Below are positions 1 through 8,436 of a stretch of DNA of 57,250 nucleotides, in pieces (positions within the stretch are counted from its first letter, which is position 1; each line of letters opens with the position of its first letter). The stretch covers positions 1 through 57,250 of the forward strand of contig WRMG01000004.1 in NCBI GenBank assembly GCA_009777255.1. Reading direction: 5' to 3'. This DNA is from Oscillospiraceae bacterium (GTDB lineage Bacteria; Bacillota; Clostridia; Oscillospirales; UBA929). Below the pieces are notes generated by a model, which was given only the letters and a program-made list of their open reading frames with translations, did not search any database and was not told the DNA's origin. A program made the position numbers and the translations under genes.

Positions 1-100
1 GAATTTCGTTTCTGATATTTTTGAACGGTAAACGTATTTGTTTTTCATTGGCTTGACCTCACTGTTAGACTATCAGACTACCCAGTCCTAGTCAAGCCCC
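1..100 (-). mobile_element. Left end of an IS1595-family (IS1016-group-like) insertion sequence; transposase N-terminus runs off the window
   Basis: Minus strand starts GGGGCTTGACTAGG at 100 (IS1016-group ends begin GGGGCT). ATG at 48 reads MKNKYVYRSKISETKF, resembling the N-terminus of IS1016-group transposases. Only 16 codons are visible. Confidence 0.6.
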
Positions 101-143
101 TTGTTAATTGTCAAGCTTGCCGCAAAATTTCTCCCCCAAACTA

Positions 144-172
144 TTGACAACCCCCTTTTTTCCTGATATAAT
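144..172 (+). promoter_or_regulatory. sigmaA promoter of rplJL
   Basis: TTGACA (144-149), 17-bp spacer, TG-n-TATAAT (167-172). Confidence 0.85.
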
Positions 173-179
173 CACCGCA

Positions 180-290
180 GCGTTCCAAAGACAGCGGGTC
201 GGCCCTCGCGCCGGTAATGTTGCCCGCCCAGGATACGGCGTTATAAAGTCGTGTACATCCTTGTGTGCCTTTGGTATGCGGGGATTTTTA
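180..290 (+). ncRNA. Ribosomal protein L10 leader (autoregulatory RNA)
   Basis: CCAAAGACAGCGGGT...TAA...CCCGCCCAGG pattern between the promoter and rplJ; boundaries approximate. Confidence 0.75.
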
Positions 291-306
291 TTTTGGAGGT
301 GAATAC

Positions 307-852
307 ATGCCTAATCCAGTCGCTTTGAAGCAAAAGCAGGAGTTTGTCGCCGAGCTGTCGGAAAAGCTGAAAAATTCAAGCGCGGGCGTCCTTGTGGACT
401 ACAAGGGCATCAACGTGGCCGACGACACCAAGCTGCGGCGCGAGCTGCGCGCGGGCGGCGTCGAGTACATGGTCGTCAAGAACACGATGCTCAGGCGCGC
501 CTGTGAAAACGTCGGGTTTGAGGAGCTGTATCCCCAGCTCAAGGAGACGACCTCGCTGGCTATCGGAGGCGGTGACCAAATCGCGCCCGCGAAGATACTC
601 TGCGAATACGCCAAAAAGTCGGGCGGCAAATTCAAGATCAAAGCCGGCTACATCGATGGCCGCGTGATAAGCGCCGCCGAGGTGTCCGCGCTGGCGGAGC
701 TGCCGCCGCGCGAAGCGCTTATAGCGAGGATGCTGGGCGGGCTGAACGCGCCGATCTCCGGGCTCGTAAATGTGCTTAACGGAAACATACGGGGTCTGGT
801 CGTCGCGCTGAACGCCATAGCGGAGAAAAAAGCGTCCGAAACCACCGCATAG
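307..852 (+). CDS. rplJ: 50S ribosomal protein L10
   Basis: VDYKGINVADDTKLRRELR, VVKNTMLRRA, LAELPPREALIARMLG motifs; GGAGGT RBS before ATG 307. Confidence 0.98.
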   Translation: MPNPVALKQKQEFVAELSEKLKNSSAGVLVDYKGINVADDTKLRRELRAGGVEYMVVKNTMLRRACENVGFEELYPQLKETTSLAIGGGDQIAPAKILCEYAKKSGGKFKIKAGYIDGRVISAAEVSALAELPPREALIARMLGGLNAPISGLVNVLNGNIRGLVVALNAIAEKKASETTA

Positions 853-907
853 AGTCGAGTAGTACCCATCACAAAACAACCAAATAATTTAAGGAGGATT
901 TTATACC

Positions 908-1294
908 ATGGCCAGCGAAAAATTAACAAAACTTATCGACGAGGTAAAAGCATTAACAGTTCTCGAACTCTCCGAGCTTGTAAAAGCGCTTGAGGAAGAG
1001 TTCGGCGTTTCCGCCGCCGCGCCTATGGCTATGATGGCCGCCGCGCCCGCCGCCGGAGCCGCCGCGCCCGCCGCCGAGGAGCAGACGGAGTTCGACGTCA
1101 TCCTCGCCGAAACCGGCGCCGAGAAAATCAAGGTCATCAAAGTCGTGCGCGAAATCACCGGTCTTGGCCTTACCGAGGCGAAGGCGCTTGTTGACGGCGC
1201 GCCCAAGGCCGTCAAGGAAGGCGTTTCCAAGGACGACGCCGAGGAGATCAAAAAGAAGCTCACCGACGTAGGAGCAAAGGTCGAAGTAAAATAA
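908..1294 (+). CDS. rplL: 50S ribosomal protein L7/L12
   Basis: [49 protein letters not shown]. Confidence 0.99.
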   Translation: MASEKLTKLIDEVKALTVLELSELVKALEEEFGVSAAAPMAMMAAAPAAGAAAPAAEEQTEFDVILAETGAEKIKVIKVVREITGLGLTEAKALVDGAPKAVKEGVSKDDAEEIKKKLTDVGAKVEVK

Positions 1295-1321
1295 AGCCCG
1301 CGCCGTACAAACAACAAAAGC

Positions 1322-1353
1322 GAAAGGGATTGACCGCCGGTCAATCCCCTTTT
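1322..1353. terminator. Intrinsic terminator between convergent rplL and ECF gene
   Basis: GGGATTGACC-GCC-GGTCAATCCC stem followed by a T-run. Confidence 0.75.
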
Positions 1354-1847
1354 ACTTTTGCTAGAAGCCGCATCAGCGGCCGCCAGAGCGCCAGACATAC
1401 CACAAAGTTGCTCACGCAATGGATCAGGTCAAACGGTATGCCGCTCACCCAGTATGCCAGCGCCATCGCCGGACCCCCGATTACCAAGTGCGGCAGAGCG
1501 CAGAGCGCGCCGAAGCACAGCCCGAACACCCCGGAGATCATCGCCCAAATAACCGGCGAACGGCAGGCCCGCCATAACCATACCACAAGCGCGAGCAGCG
1601 TCCATACATACAGATACGGAATCCACCACCACGGGCTGAAGCCGTAGAACAAACCCTCCAAAAACGCGAAAACATAGATAATGTACAGCACCTTATACCG
1701 GAAGGTCAGCGTATAGACGATAACCAGCAGCGACACCAGCTCTATGTTGGGCAGAGCCATCAGCGCGACCTGCTGCGCGAAAAGTACGGCGGCGCAGAGC
1801 GCCAATACGGTGATCTCCCGCGCCGTTTTCCTCTGCCGGCCGGTCAT
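1341..1847 (-). CDS. ECF transporter S-component, probably cobalamin-specific (CbrT-like)
   Basis: Very hydrophobic 168 aa with LPNIELVSLL and GIPFDLIHCVSN; downstream of a B12 riboswitch. Confidence 0.75.
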   Translation of the reverse strand: MTGRQRKTAREITVLALCAAVLFAQQVALMALPNIELVSLLVIVYTLTFRYKVLYIIYVFAFLEGLFYGFSPWWWIPYLYVWTLLALVVWLWRACRSPVIWAMISGVFGLCFGALCALPHLVIGGPAMALAYWVSGIPFDLIHCVSNFVVCLALWRPLMRLLAKVKGD

Positions 1848-1849
1848 GA

Positions 1850-2260
1850 CTACCAGCCGACGGTCAGCGTGATTTCAAAAACATCGCCGTCCTCAATCGG
1901 CGTGTCGTCCACGCCGGTCATAAGGAACTCGCCCTCTTTGGTAAAGCTCCACCATTCCTGATTGGCGTCGTCGGCCGTCACGCCGTCTACCGTCTTGACG
2001 AGCAGGCCATAGGCGCTCTCCTCACCGCTGATCAGGTCTTTTTCATCCAGCGCCTGCCGTAAGTAAGCCGCGTCGGTGCCGATGTCCAGCTCCCTGACGG
2101 TCCGCCCGTCAACAATGACGCTGACGCTGATAGTCTTCGCGCCCTCACTGCCCTGCTGCCGCAGGAAATGGTATGCCGTCAGGAAAACCGCGATCAGCAG
2201 GAGCATTGACACGACTGCGATTACAATGGTCTTTTGCGTTGGGACTCTGTTTTTTTGCAT
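1850..2260 (-). CDS. DUF4430 (transcobalamin-like) membrane-anchored B12-binding protein
   Basis: N-terminal TM helix; YGLLVKTVDG, EWWSFTKEGE, GVDDTPIEDGD motifs; first gene after the B12 riboswitch. Confidence 0.8.
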   Translation of the reverse strand: MQKNRVPTQKTIVIAVVSMLLLIAVFLTAYHFLRQQGSEGAKTISVSVIVDGRTVRELDIGTDAAYLRQALDEKDLISGEESAYGLLVKTVDGVTADDANQEWWSFTKEGEFLMTGVDDTPIEDGDVFEITLTVGW

Positions 2261-2309
2261 AAAAAACCAACCTTTCTCCGCCTATCCTCGGGCGGCAGGT
2301 ATATTTCAC

Positions 2310-2463
2310 TTCGCGGCAAGTATTCTGGCTCATGGTTCATCGCGCCGCGCCAAGTCTTCCCGGTTTCCCAGTGACGTTTTCGGGTTTTCCCGAGGCGCGC
2401 GCTTCCCAAATACAGCGGCGGGACCGCGCGGGATTCTCACCCGCTTCCATAACGCGCAAAGCT
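2310..2463 (-). ncRNA. Cobalamin riboswitch
   Basis: Minus strand GGAAGCGGGTGAGAATCCCGCGCGGTCCCGCCGCTGTA, GTCACTGGGAAACCGGGAAG and B12 box GAGCCAGAATACTTGCC. Confidence 0.92.
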
Positions 2464-2469
2464 GCGTAA

Positions 2470-2499
2470 AGTCTAGCACAGCGGATACGCGCTTGTCAA
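2470..2499 (-). promoter_or_regulatory. sigmaA promoter of the B12 uptake operon
   Basis: Minus strand TTGACA, 18-bp spacer, TG-n-TAGACT. Confidence 0.6.
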
Positions 2500-2517
2500 C
2501 ACAATATTTTACACATA

Positions 2518-2560
2518 CAAAACCCCCGCCAAAAAGCACATTTTGGCGGGGTTTTTGACA
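2518..2560. other. Inverted repeat at the left edge of the invertase island (terminator or recombinase-binding site)
   Basis: AAAACCCCCGCCAAAA-AGCACA-TTTTGGCGGGGTTTT. Confidence 0.5.
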
Positions 2561-2636
2561 GCTTCAAAGAAAAACATCAAGAATCAACCGGAGAAAGATG
2601 TTGTATCTGGCCAAATATCCATGAAGGAGGTATAAA

Positions 2637-3224
2637 ATGATTCAAACATACGGATACATCCGTGTCAGCACAAAAGAACAAAGCGAAGACAGGCAGCTCA
2701 CCGCTATGCGGGAATTCGGAGTTCGGGAGGGTAATATATTTCTTGACAAGCTCTCGGGCAAAGACTTTGAAAGACCCTCATACAGGCGGTTGCTGAAAAA
2801 GCTAAAGCCTGTCGATACCCTTGTTATTAAGAGTATTGACAGGCTCGGCAGAAACTACGAGGAGATTTTAGAGCAGTGGAGATTTATAACAAAAGAGCGG
2901 CGAGCTAATATTGTCGTTCTTGATATGCCGCTGCTGGACACACGGCAAAAGAACCGCGATCTGACTGGAACCTTTATCGCCGACCTTGTTTTGCAGATTC
3001 TCAGCTATGTCGCGCAGACGGAGCGAGAGCTTATACGCCAGCGTCAGGCGGAGGGCATAGCCGCGGCAAAGGCGCGAGGCGTGAGATTCGGCAGACCGCC
3101 GATAGAGCGTCCGCCGCATTTACAAGAGGTTCAGAAAGCGTGGGAGCGCCGTGAAATATCGGCGCGTGAAGCCGCTCGGCGGCTGAATATCAACCGCATG
3201 ACATTTCTGGCGGCCGGACAGTGA
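2637..3224 (+). CDS. Serine recombinase, resolvase/invertase family with C-terminal HTH
   Basis: YGYIRVSTKEQ (catalytic Ser), DTLVIKSIDRLGR, ERELIRQRQAEGIAAAKARGVRFGRP; AAGGAGG RBS. Confidence 0.95.
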   Translation: MIQTYGYIRVSTKEQSEDRQLTAMREFGVREGNIFLDKLSGKDFERPSYRRLLKKLKPVDTLVIKSIDRLGRNYEEILEQWRFITKERRANIVVLDMPLLDTRQKNRDLTGTFIADLVLQILSYVAQTERELIRQRQAEGIAAAKARGVRFGRPPIERPPHLQEVQKAWERREISAREAARRLNINRMTFLAAGQ

Positions 3225-3235
3225 TATTTGTCAAA

Positions 3236-3413
3236 AAAAGTACAGGTTTTTAGCCACACGGCTACGGTATTCAAATTGGCTTTTAATAAATCTTATCGCA
3301 TAAGCACCTTTGGCGGAGCAGCAAGGGTTTGAGGCTTATATTCTCTTTATTTGCCAAGTATACAGCATTTGATTATAGATGTCAAGCATAAGTTGCTAAA
3401 AACCTGTACTTTT
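3236..3413. repeat. Perfect 19-bp inverted repeats bounding a putative invertible segment
   Basis: AAAAGTACAGGTTTTTAGC (3236-3254) and its exact reverse complement GCTAAAAACCTGTACTTTT (3395-3413). Confidence 0.9.
3357..3385 (-). promoter_or_regulatory. sigmaA promoter inside the invertible segment, facing away from the MACPF gene
   Basis: Minus strand TTGACA (3385-3380), 17-bp spacer, TATACT (3362-3357). Confidence 0.85.
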
Positions 3414-3513
3414 CTATACAAATCGTCCCTAAATGCCGCGCCGTATTATCAGGCGGAAAAATATCTTAAAACAGTCTGGCTTAACAAAATAATATAAAGA
3501 GAGGTTAACAAAA

Positions 3514-6500
3514 ATGAAAAGGAAGGCTTTATCTTTCGCGCTGGTTATAGCGTTGTTCGCGGGGCTAGTCCCGGTCGGAAGCATACCGGCAACGGCACTG
3601 GATCAGACCGGCATTGAACGTTATCTATTTAGAGGGTTCAATGTACTTTCAGGCAATGAACTCAGGATTGATGCTCTGCTGCGCCCCAATATTCTGGCTC
3701 CGAATTCCGATCTTGCCGGTCATTACAGAACCGACTCTAATGGGGACACTTATGTGGAAGCGTCCTCGGGTAAGACAATAGAAGACATGGCTATTGCGGC
3801 AGGGATTAATTTATCGGTTTCAACTAGCGTTAGTGGCGGTGTTGGTAGCTTATTCAAAGCGAGCGCAAAAACTAAATTTAACACGAGTGTGAGTACCGCA
3901 TATAAATCCTCCTACGATTCACATTTCTTTCAATCCTCTATATTTACTAAAACCGGTCAGGCTTACATAAACGATATGGAACACCCTGATACAATAAACG
4001 CTGTTCAAAGACAGCTAGACCGCAACTTCCTAAGCGAGCTTATAAACGAAAAAAACATCGAAAGGCTTTTCACAAGGTACGGCACCCACATTCTCACGTC
4101 GTACTCAGTTGGAGGATGGGCGGAATTTCAGACCTCGACCATTAACACAAAAGAAAATAGTGATAATGACGTGAAAATGAAATATGAAACTTCGGTATCG
4201 TTCTCTGGTGTAGGTACAAGTATGGACGCCGCGATGGACCTCGGGGCATATGTTAATGAAAAATACAATTCAGAAAACTATCGTTCATTTTCTTCTGCCC
4301 GCATTGTTGGCGGCTCTGGCGGAATCCCCAATTTTTCAGATCCCAACAGTGTGTCATCGGTATACAACACTTGGCTTGGCACAGTCCCGGCACGTCCCGA
4401 ACTGCTCACAGATAAAAATTTAGTGCTCACCGGTATATGGGAGCTGCTGCCTCAGGGAAACGAAAAGCGGTATATGGAACTGGTTCAGGAGTTTGTCAGA
4501 TTGGCGCAAAAAAGTCATTTAGATTTCTGCAAAGAATTTATCTATAAAGCGGCGGCATCCTTACATATAGAAGCCTCTGTAGATGATACAAGTGACGTGG
4601 CATCATACGACCCGAACACCACAATCCCTATATACACCGCGCAGCAGTTTGCCAACATCGGTGATGCTGATTTACCGGCTAACGGCAACTATATGCTGAT
4701 GAATGATATTAATCTTGATGAAATTAAAGTCTCGACCACCGGATATAGTTCACCATATGTCCTGATGTCTACAGGAAAAGAGTTTAACGGTACTTTTGAT
4801 GGGAATGGATTTACCATCAGCGGTTATAATAATGTGAAAAAAGCGAATTTTACAAGCTTTCCAACTACAGTAAACGTCGGCTTATTCCCTGTTATCGGAG
4901 AAAATGGACACGTAAGAAATCTAATAGTGAAAGGTTCCACGATTATCTATGAAGCTACAAATAATCGTATATCAAGCAACGTTATATATCGGGCAGGAAC
5001 CATTGCGGGACTTAACAAGGGCGTAATCGAAAATTGTCATGTTTCTGAAGAATCTGAGGTAAAAATAAGGGTTTATAGGAGTTCCGAAGCGCGGATTTAT
5101 TCGGGAGGAATTGCCGGTTACAACACTGGTAATATAATTGGGTGCAGTTTTACGAACAGTGATAACAAATATAAATCTGGTGACTATACGGGAAATGTTC
5201 TCGCTAGTGCTCCTGGGCGAGGTGGCACGGTATGGTGTTATTCCGGAGGAATTGCGGGCTGGTCAAACGGAGAAATAGTGGATTGCTATGCAGAGACTTG
5301 GACGCATTCGCGGGGTAGGGGAATGAGCGGTGTCCAAACAAAAGTCTATTTATATTCAGGAGGAATCGCAGGTTTGATAGACACAGGAGGAGTTGTATTA
5401 CGCTCCTTTGCCGATGGAGATGAAAAAACAACAAGAAATTATTCAAAGGAAGGAGAATTGGGTACCGGTAAAATAACAGGAAAGAACTCAGCCGGTTCCG
5501 GCGCGTTGATAGATTGCTTTTATAAAAGCGGAGGTGGAAATGCTGTAGGAAACGGAAGCTCAACCGGAACAACAGCGGTAGCAAATTTCAAAGTTAACGC
5601 AATAGTAGATATATTGCGGCCAGATAAAGATGATTCCAACTCCACATGGATATACGACGGGAATAAAGATCGCCCTACGCATAGAGAACCTGAGTCAGGT
5701 AATTCTCCTTATTTTATAGTAGAATACATAAATGGCAAACCGGAATATTTTGCGGGAGAACTCATGGACACAAATAAGCTGGCAAATAGCATGAGGGTTT
5801 TCTTCACTCCTAGTAAAGGTGTTGTTAAGCCTGTGGAAATAACAGACGCCGTGCAAATCAGATATGATTTTGCCGCCGAGGGAAATGGGTTTATACAATT
5901 CCTGCATCGAGATGGAGATAGCACCTATGCCGGCAAATTAGGTTTTCCGGTAATAGAACGCGATTTAGCGAGAGGAGAGGACCCGACCCACATAAACCTG
6001 AACAGAAGCGGCATTACGATGAAAGCTGGGAGTTCTGTACGATTACGGGTTGCCCTTGAACCGTTGCTTGCAAAGCAGGATATAACATGGGACAGCAGCA
6101 ATGAAGATGTCGTTTTCGTAACACCGTTTGGCGAGGTGCTTGCCATAGAAGAAGGCGAAACTGTCGTAACAGGCACGACGGTCAACGGTCTCACTTCGAC
6201 CTGCCATGTGGTGGTCAGCGGAAGGGTTATGCCGAATGGCATTGATTACGACATAGAAACCGTATTTGTACCGGGCAAAGTAAACGGCGAAATTGAAATG
6301 ACGTCTAACTCAGAAAAAAGCGATGAACCCGAAAATACAGACGACGCAGACGACGCAGACGACGATACAGACGATGACCCAGACGACGATACAGACGACC
6401 CAGACGACCCAGACGACATAGACGACATAGACGACATAGACGAGTCTAATCTTCCTGTGTTCAGAATAAATCTCACCGATGAAACCCTCATTGTTCCAAA

Positions 6501-7281
6501 TGATTATGTGATAGCCGTATACAGTGTAAATGGCGGAGGAAAATGGATCGTCCCGAAAGCCGATACATTCAATGATGTAAAATTTCCTAAGATGCTGCGC
6601 AAGGGCATGACAATGTGGCTTTCAGATAATAAGAGCAACCCCGAAGAAGGGAAACTTGTCAAGTTCGATACTGTTAAATCAGGTCTTACAGTCCCCAAAT
6701 TAGTTGTTAACTATGAAATTGCGTCAGACCCAACAGGCGCTACACTTGGCGACTGGGTTTTAGCTGCGAAAGGCGGAACAGCAGCGGTTAAAAATATTCA
6801 AATTGGCGCCGCAAACGGTAAAGAAGTAGATGATCAAGGCTATGGTGTATTTTTTGATGGTGAGGACAGCGGAATTTCCATTGCGCCCTTGAATAATAAT
6901 GGTAAAGCGGCAAAAGAGGCATATTTCATCAGAACAGCGCCGCATCAAGAGAGTGAATCAGTCTATGTCGCGGCTGGAAAGCCCAAAAAAATCAGCATAA
7001 AAGGTGAAGGGAAAGCGACGAAGTACAAAATAAACGCCAAAAAAAATTCACTTAAGCTAAAGAAAGGTGATCTGTTCTTCTGGGGTGATCCCTATGATCT
7101 TGGTGCAAATCCGTCTGCTGATTCGTCAGCTCAAATAACACCCGCACTGGAGTCGCTGCTATATATCACGGCGGACAAAGGGTCAGAGATCTCGGTAGAA
7201 AATGTGAGCGGCCAAATCGTCGTGTGGAAAGCGGGAACGGCAAAAAAACCTCCAACAGCAAAGCAGATAATAAACAGATAA
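3514..7281 (+). CDS. Secreted multidomain protein: signal peptide, MACPF domain, GLUG-like repeats, Ig-like (Big_2) domain, acidic linker, unknown C-terminal domain
   Basis: MACPF signature YGTHILTSYSVGG (codons from 4078) plus GFNVLSG near the N-terminus; FNGTFDGNGFTISG and repeated YSGGIAG motifs; ITWDSSNEDVVFVTPFGEVLAIEEGETVVT; noticeably AT-richer than the flanks. Confidence 0.85.
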   Translation: MKRKALSFALVIALFAGLVPVGSIPATALDQTGIERYLFRGFNVLSGNELRIDALLRPNILAPNSDLAGHYRTDSNGDTYVEASSGKTIEDMAIAAGINLSVSTSVSGGVGSLFKASAKTKFNTSVSTAYKSSYDSHFFQSSIFTKTGQAYINDMEHPDTINAVQRQLDRNFLSELINEKNIERLFTRYGTHILTSYSVGGWAEFQTSTINTKENSDNDVKMKYETSVSFSGVGTSMDAAMDLGAYVNEKYNSENYRSFSSARIVGGSGGIPNFSDPNSVSSVYNTWLGTVPARPELLTDKNLVLTGIWELLPQGNEKRYMELVQEFVRLAQKSHLDFCKEFIYKAAASLHIEASVDDTSDVASYDPNTTIPIYTAQQFANIGDADLPANGNYMLMNDINLDEIKVSTTGYSSPYVLMSTGKEFNGTFDGNGFTISGYNNVKKANFTSFPTTVNVGLFPVIGENGHVRNLIVKGSTIIYEATNNRISSNVIYRAGTIAGLNKGVIENCHVSEESEVKIRVYRSSEARIYSGGIAGYNTGNIIGCSFTNSDNKYKSGDYTGNVLASAPGRGGTVWCYSGGIAGWSNGEIVDCYAETWTHSRGRGMSGVQTKVYLYSGGIAGLIDTGGVVLRSFADGDEKTTRNYSKEGELGTGKITGKNSAGSGALIDCFYKSGGGNAVGNGSSTGTTAVANFKVNAIVDILRPDKDDSNSTWIYDGNKDRPTHREPESGNSPYFIVEYINGKPEYFAGELMDTNKLANSMRVFFTPSKGVVKPVEITDAVQIRYDFAAEGNGFIQFLHRDGDSTYAGKLGFPVIERDLARGEDPTHINLNRSGITMKAGSSVRLRVALEPLLAKQDITWDSSNEDVVFVTPFGEVLAIEEGETVVTGTTVNGLTSTCHVVVSGRVMPNGIDYDIETVFVPGKVNGEIEMTSNSEKSDEPENTDDADDADDDTDDDPDDDTDDPDDPDDIDDIDDIDESNLPVFRINLTDETLIVPNDYVIAVYSVNGGGKWIVPKADTFNDVKFPKMLRKGMTMWLSDNKSNPEEGKLVKFDTVKSGLTVPKLVVNYEIASDPTGATLGDWVLAAKGGTAAVKNIQIGAANGKEVDDQGYGVFFDGEDSGISIAPLNNNGKAAKEAYFIRTAPHQESESVYVAAGKPKKISIKGEGKATKYKINAKKNSLKLKKGDLFFWGDPYDLGANPSADSSAQITPALESLLYITADKGSEISVENVSGQIVVWKAGTAKKPPTAKQIINR
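6337..6444 (+). repeat. In-frame 9/12-bp tandem repeats encoding an Asp-rich linker
   Basis: GACGACGCA, GACGACCCA and GACGACATA units giving DDADDADDDTDDDPDDDTDDPDDPDDIDDIDDIDE. Confidence 0.9.
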
Positions 7282-7289
7282 TAGACGGT

Positions 7290-7331
7290 ATAAAACCCCG
7301 GTGCAGTCGAGTACTGTGCCGGGATTTTTAT
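7290..7331 (+). terminator. Probable intrinsic terminator after the MACPF gene
   Basis: CCCGGTGCAGT...ACTGTGCCGGG stem followed by ATTTTTA. Confidence 0.65.
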
Positions 7332-7379
7332 GCCTCATACAATAAGCATAAATTGGCGGCAAATTGCCAATAAATTCTG

Positions 7380-7485
7380 TTTACATATATATTTTTTTGA
7401 GATATAATATCCGCAAAGCGGATATTATACTTGATTAAAGATTATATCATTCGGCGTCAACGCCGTAAGATATAATATCCGCAAA
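7380..7485 (+). promoter_or_regulatory. sigmaA promoter overlapped by a palindrome and an 18-bp direct repeat
   Basis: TTTACA-17-TATAAT (7380-7408); palindrome TATAATATCCGC-AAA-GCGGATATTATA; AGATATAATATCCGCAAA at 7400-7417 and 7468-7485. Confidence 0.6.
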
Positions 7486-7515
7486 CTTGAAGCAAGAAAA
7501 CAGGGGTGATGTACC

Positions 7516-8436
7516 ATGGTGACCTATTCGATCGTCGTGCCGCTCTACAACGAGGAGGAGGTCGTCGGCGAGGCATACCGGCGGCTGAAATCCGTCATGG
7601 ACGGCATCGGCGAACCGTATGAGCTTATCTTCGTCAACGACGGCAGCAAAGACTCAACGATGGATAAGGCGCGCGCGTTGGCAAAGCAAGACTCAAAAAT
7701 GAGAATTATCAGCTTTTCCCGCAACTTCGGGCATCAAATCGCCATAACGGCGGGCATGGACGCGGCGCGCGGACAAGCCGTCGTGGTCATAGACGCCGAC
7801 CTCCAGGACCCGCCGGAAGTGATCCCGCAGATGATAGAAAAGTGGAAAGAGGGCTGGCAGGTCGTCTATGGCAGGCGCGCGGGCCGTAAAGGCGAAACAC
7901 TGTTCAAAAAGCTAAGCGCAAAGCTATTCTACAGAACGCTCAACGCGCTGACGGACATCGAACTGCCGGTGGACACGGGGGACTTCCGGCTCATCGACCG
8001 CAGCGTGTGCGACGCGCTAAAAACATTGCCGGAGCGCAACCGGTATGTACGCGGACTGGTAACGTGGGTCGGATTCAGGCAGACATTCGTCGAATATACG
8101 CGTCAGGAACGCTTCGCGGGACAGACAAAATACCCTCTCAAGAAGATGCTGCGCTTTGCCGCCGACGGCATGGTGTCATTCAGCCAAAGACCTATCAAAA
8201 TTGGGAAAACACTGGGAATCACTACAATTTCCGCCTCTATTCTGATAGGGGTATATCAGTTGTATAGCTGGGCAACAAAGTCGAATATAAGCGAAATTGC
8301 GTGCTGGGCCGCGGCAATTCTGTTTGTTCAGGGTCTTGTTCTGCTGTGCATCGGAATACAGGGCGCGTACCTAGCGAGAATGTACGACGAGGCAAAGGGC
8401 AGACCATTATATATAATAGGGGAGGTCATAAATTGA
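7516..8436 (+). CDS. GT2 glycosyltransferase (GtrB/YkcC-like polyprenol-phosphate glycosyltransferase)
   Basis: SIVVPLYNEE, FVNDGSKD, FSRNFGHQ, IDADLQDPP, two C-terminal TM helices, RPLYII. Confidence 0.93.
   Translation: MVTYSIVVPLYNEEEVVGEAYRRLKSVMDGIGEPYELIFVNDGSKDSTMDKARALAKQDSKMRIISFSRNFGHQIAITAGMDAARGQAVVVIDADLQDPPEVIPQMIEKWKEGWQVVYGRRAGRKGETLFKKLSAKLFYRTLNALTDIELPVDTGDFRLIDRSVCDALKTLPERNRYVRGLVTWVGFRQTFVEYTRQERFAGQTKYPLKKMLRFAADGMVSFSQRPIKIGKTLGITTISASILIGVYQLYSWATKSNISEIACWAAAILFVQGLVLLCIGIQGAYLARMYDEAKGRPLYIIGEVIN

Noticed and set aside
2637-7330. Tn3-family transposon
   Set aside because: No transposase or GGGG-type terminal repeats. The inverted sites enclosing a promoter fit inversion rather than resolution.
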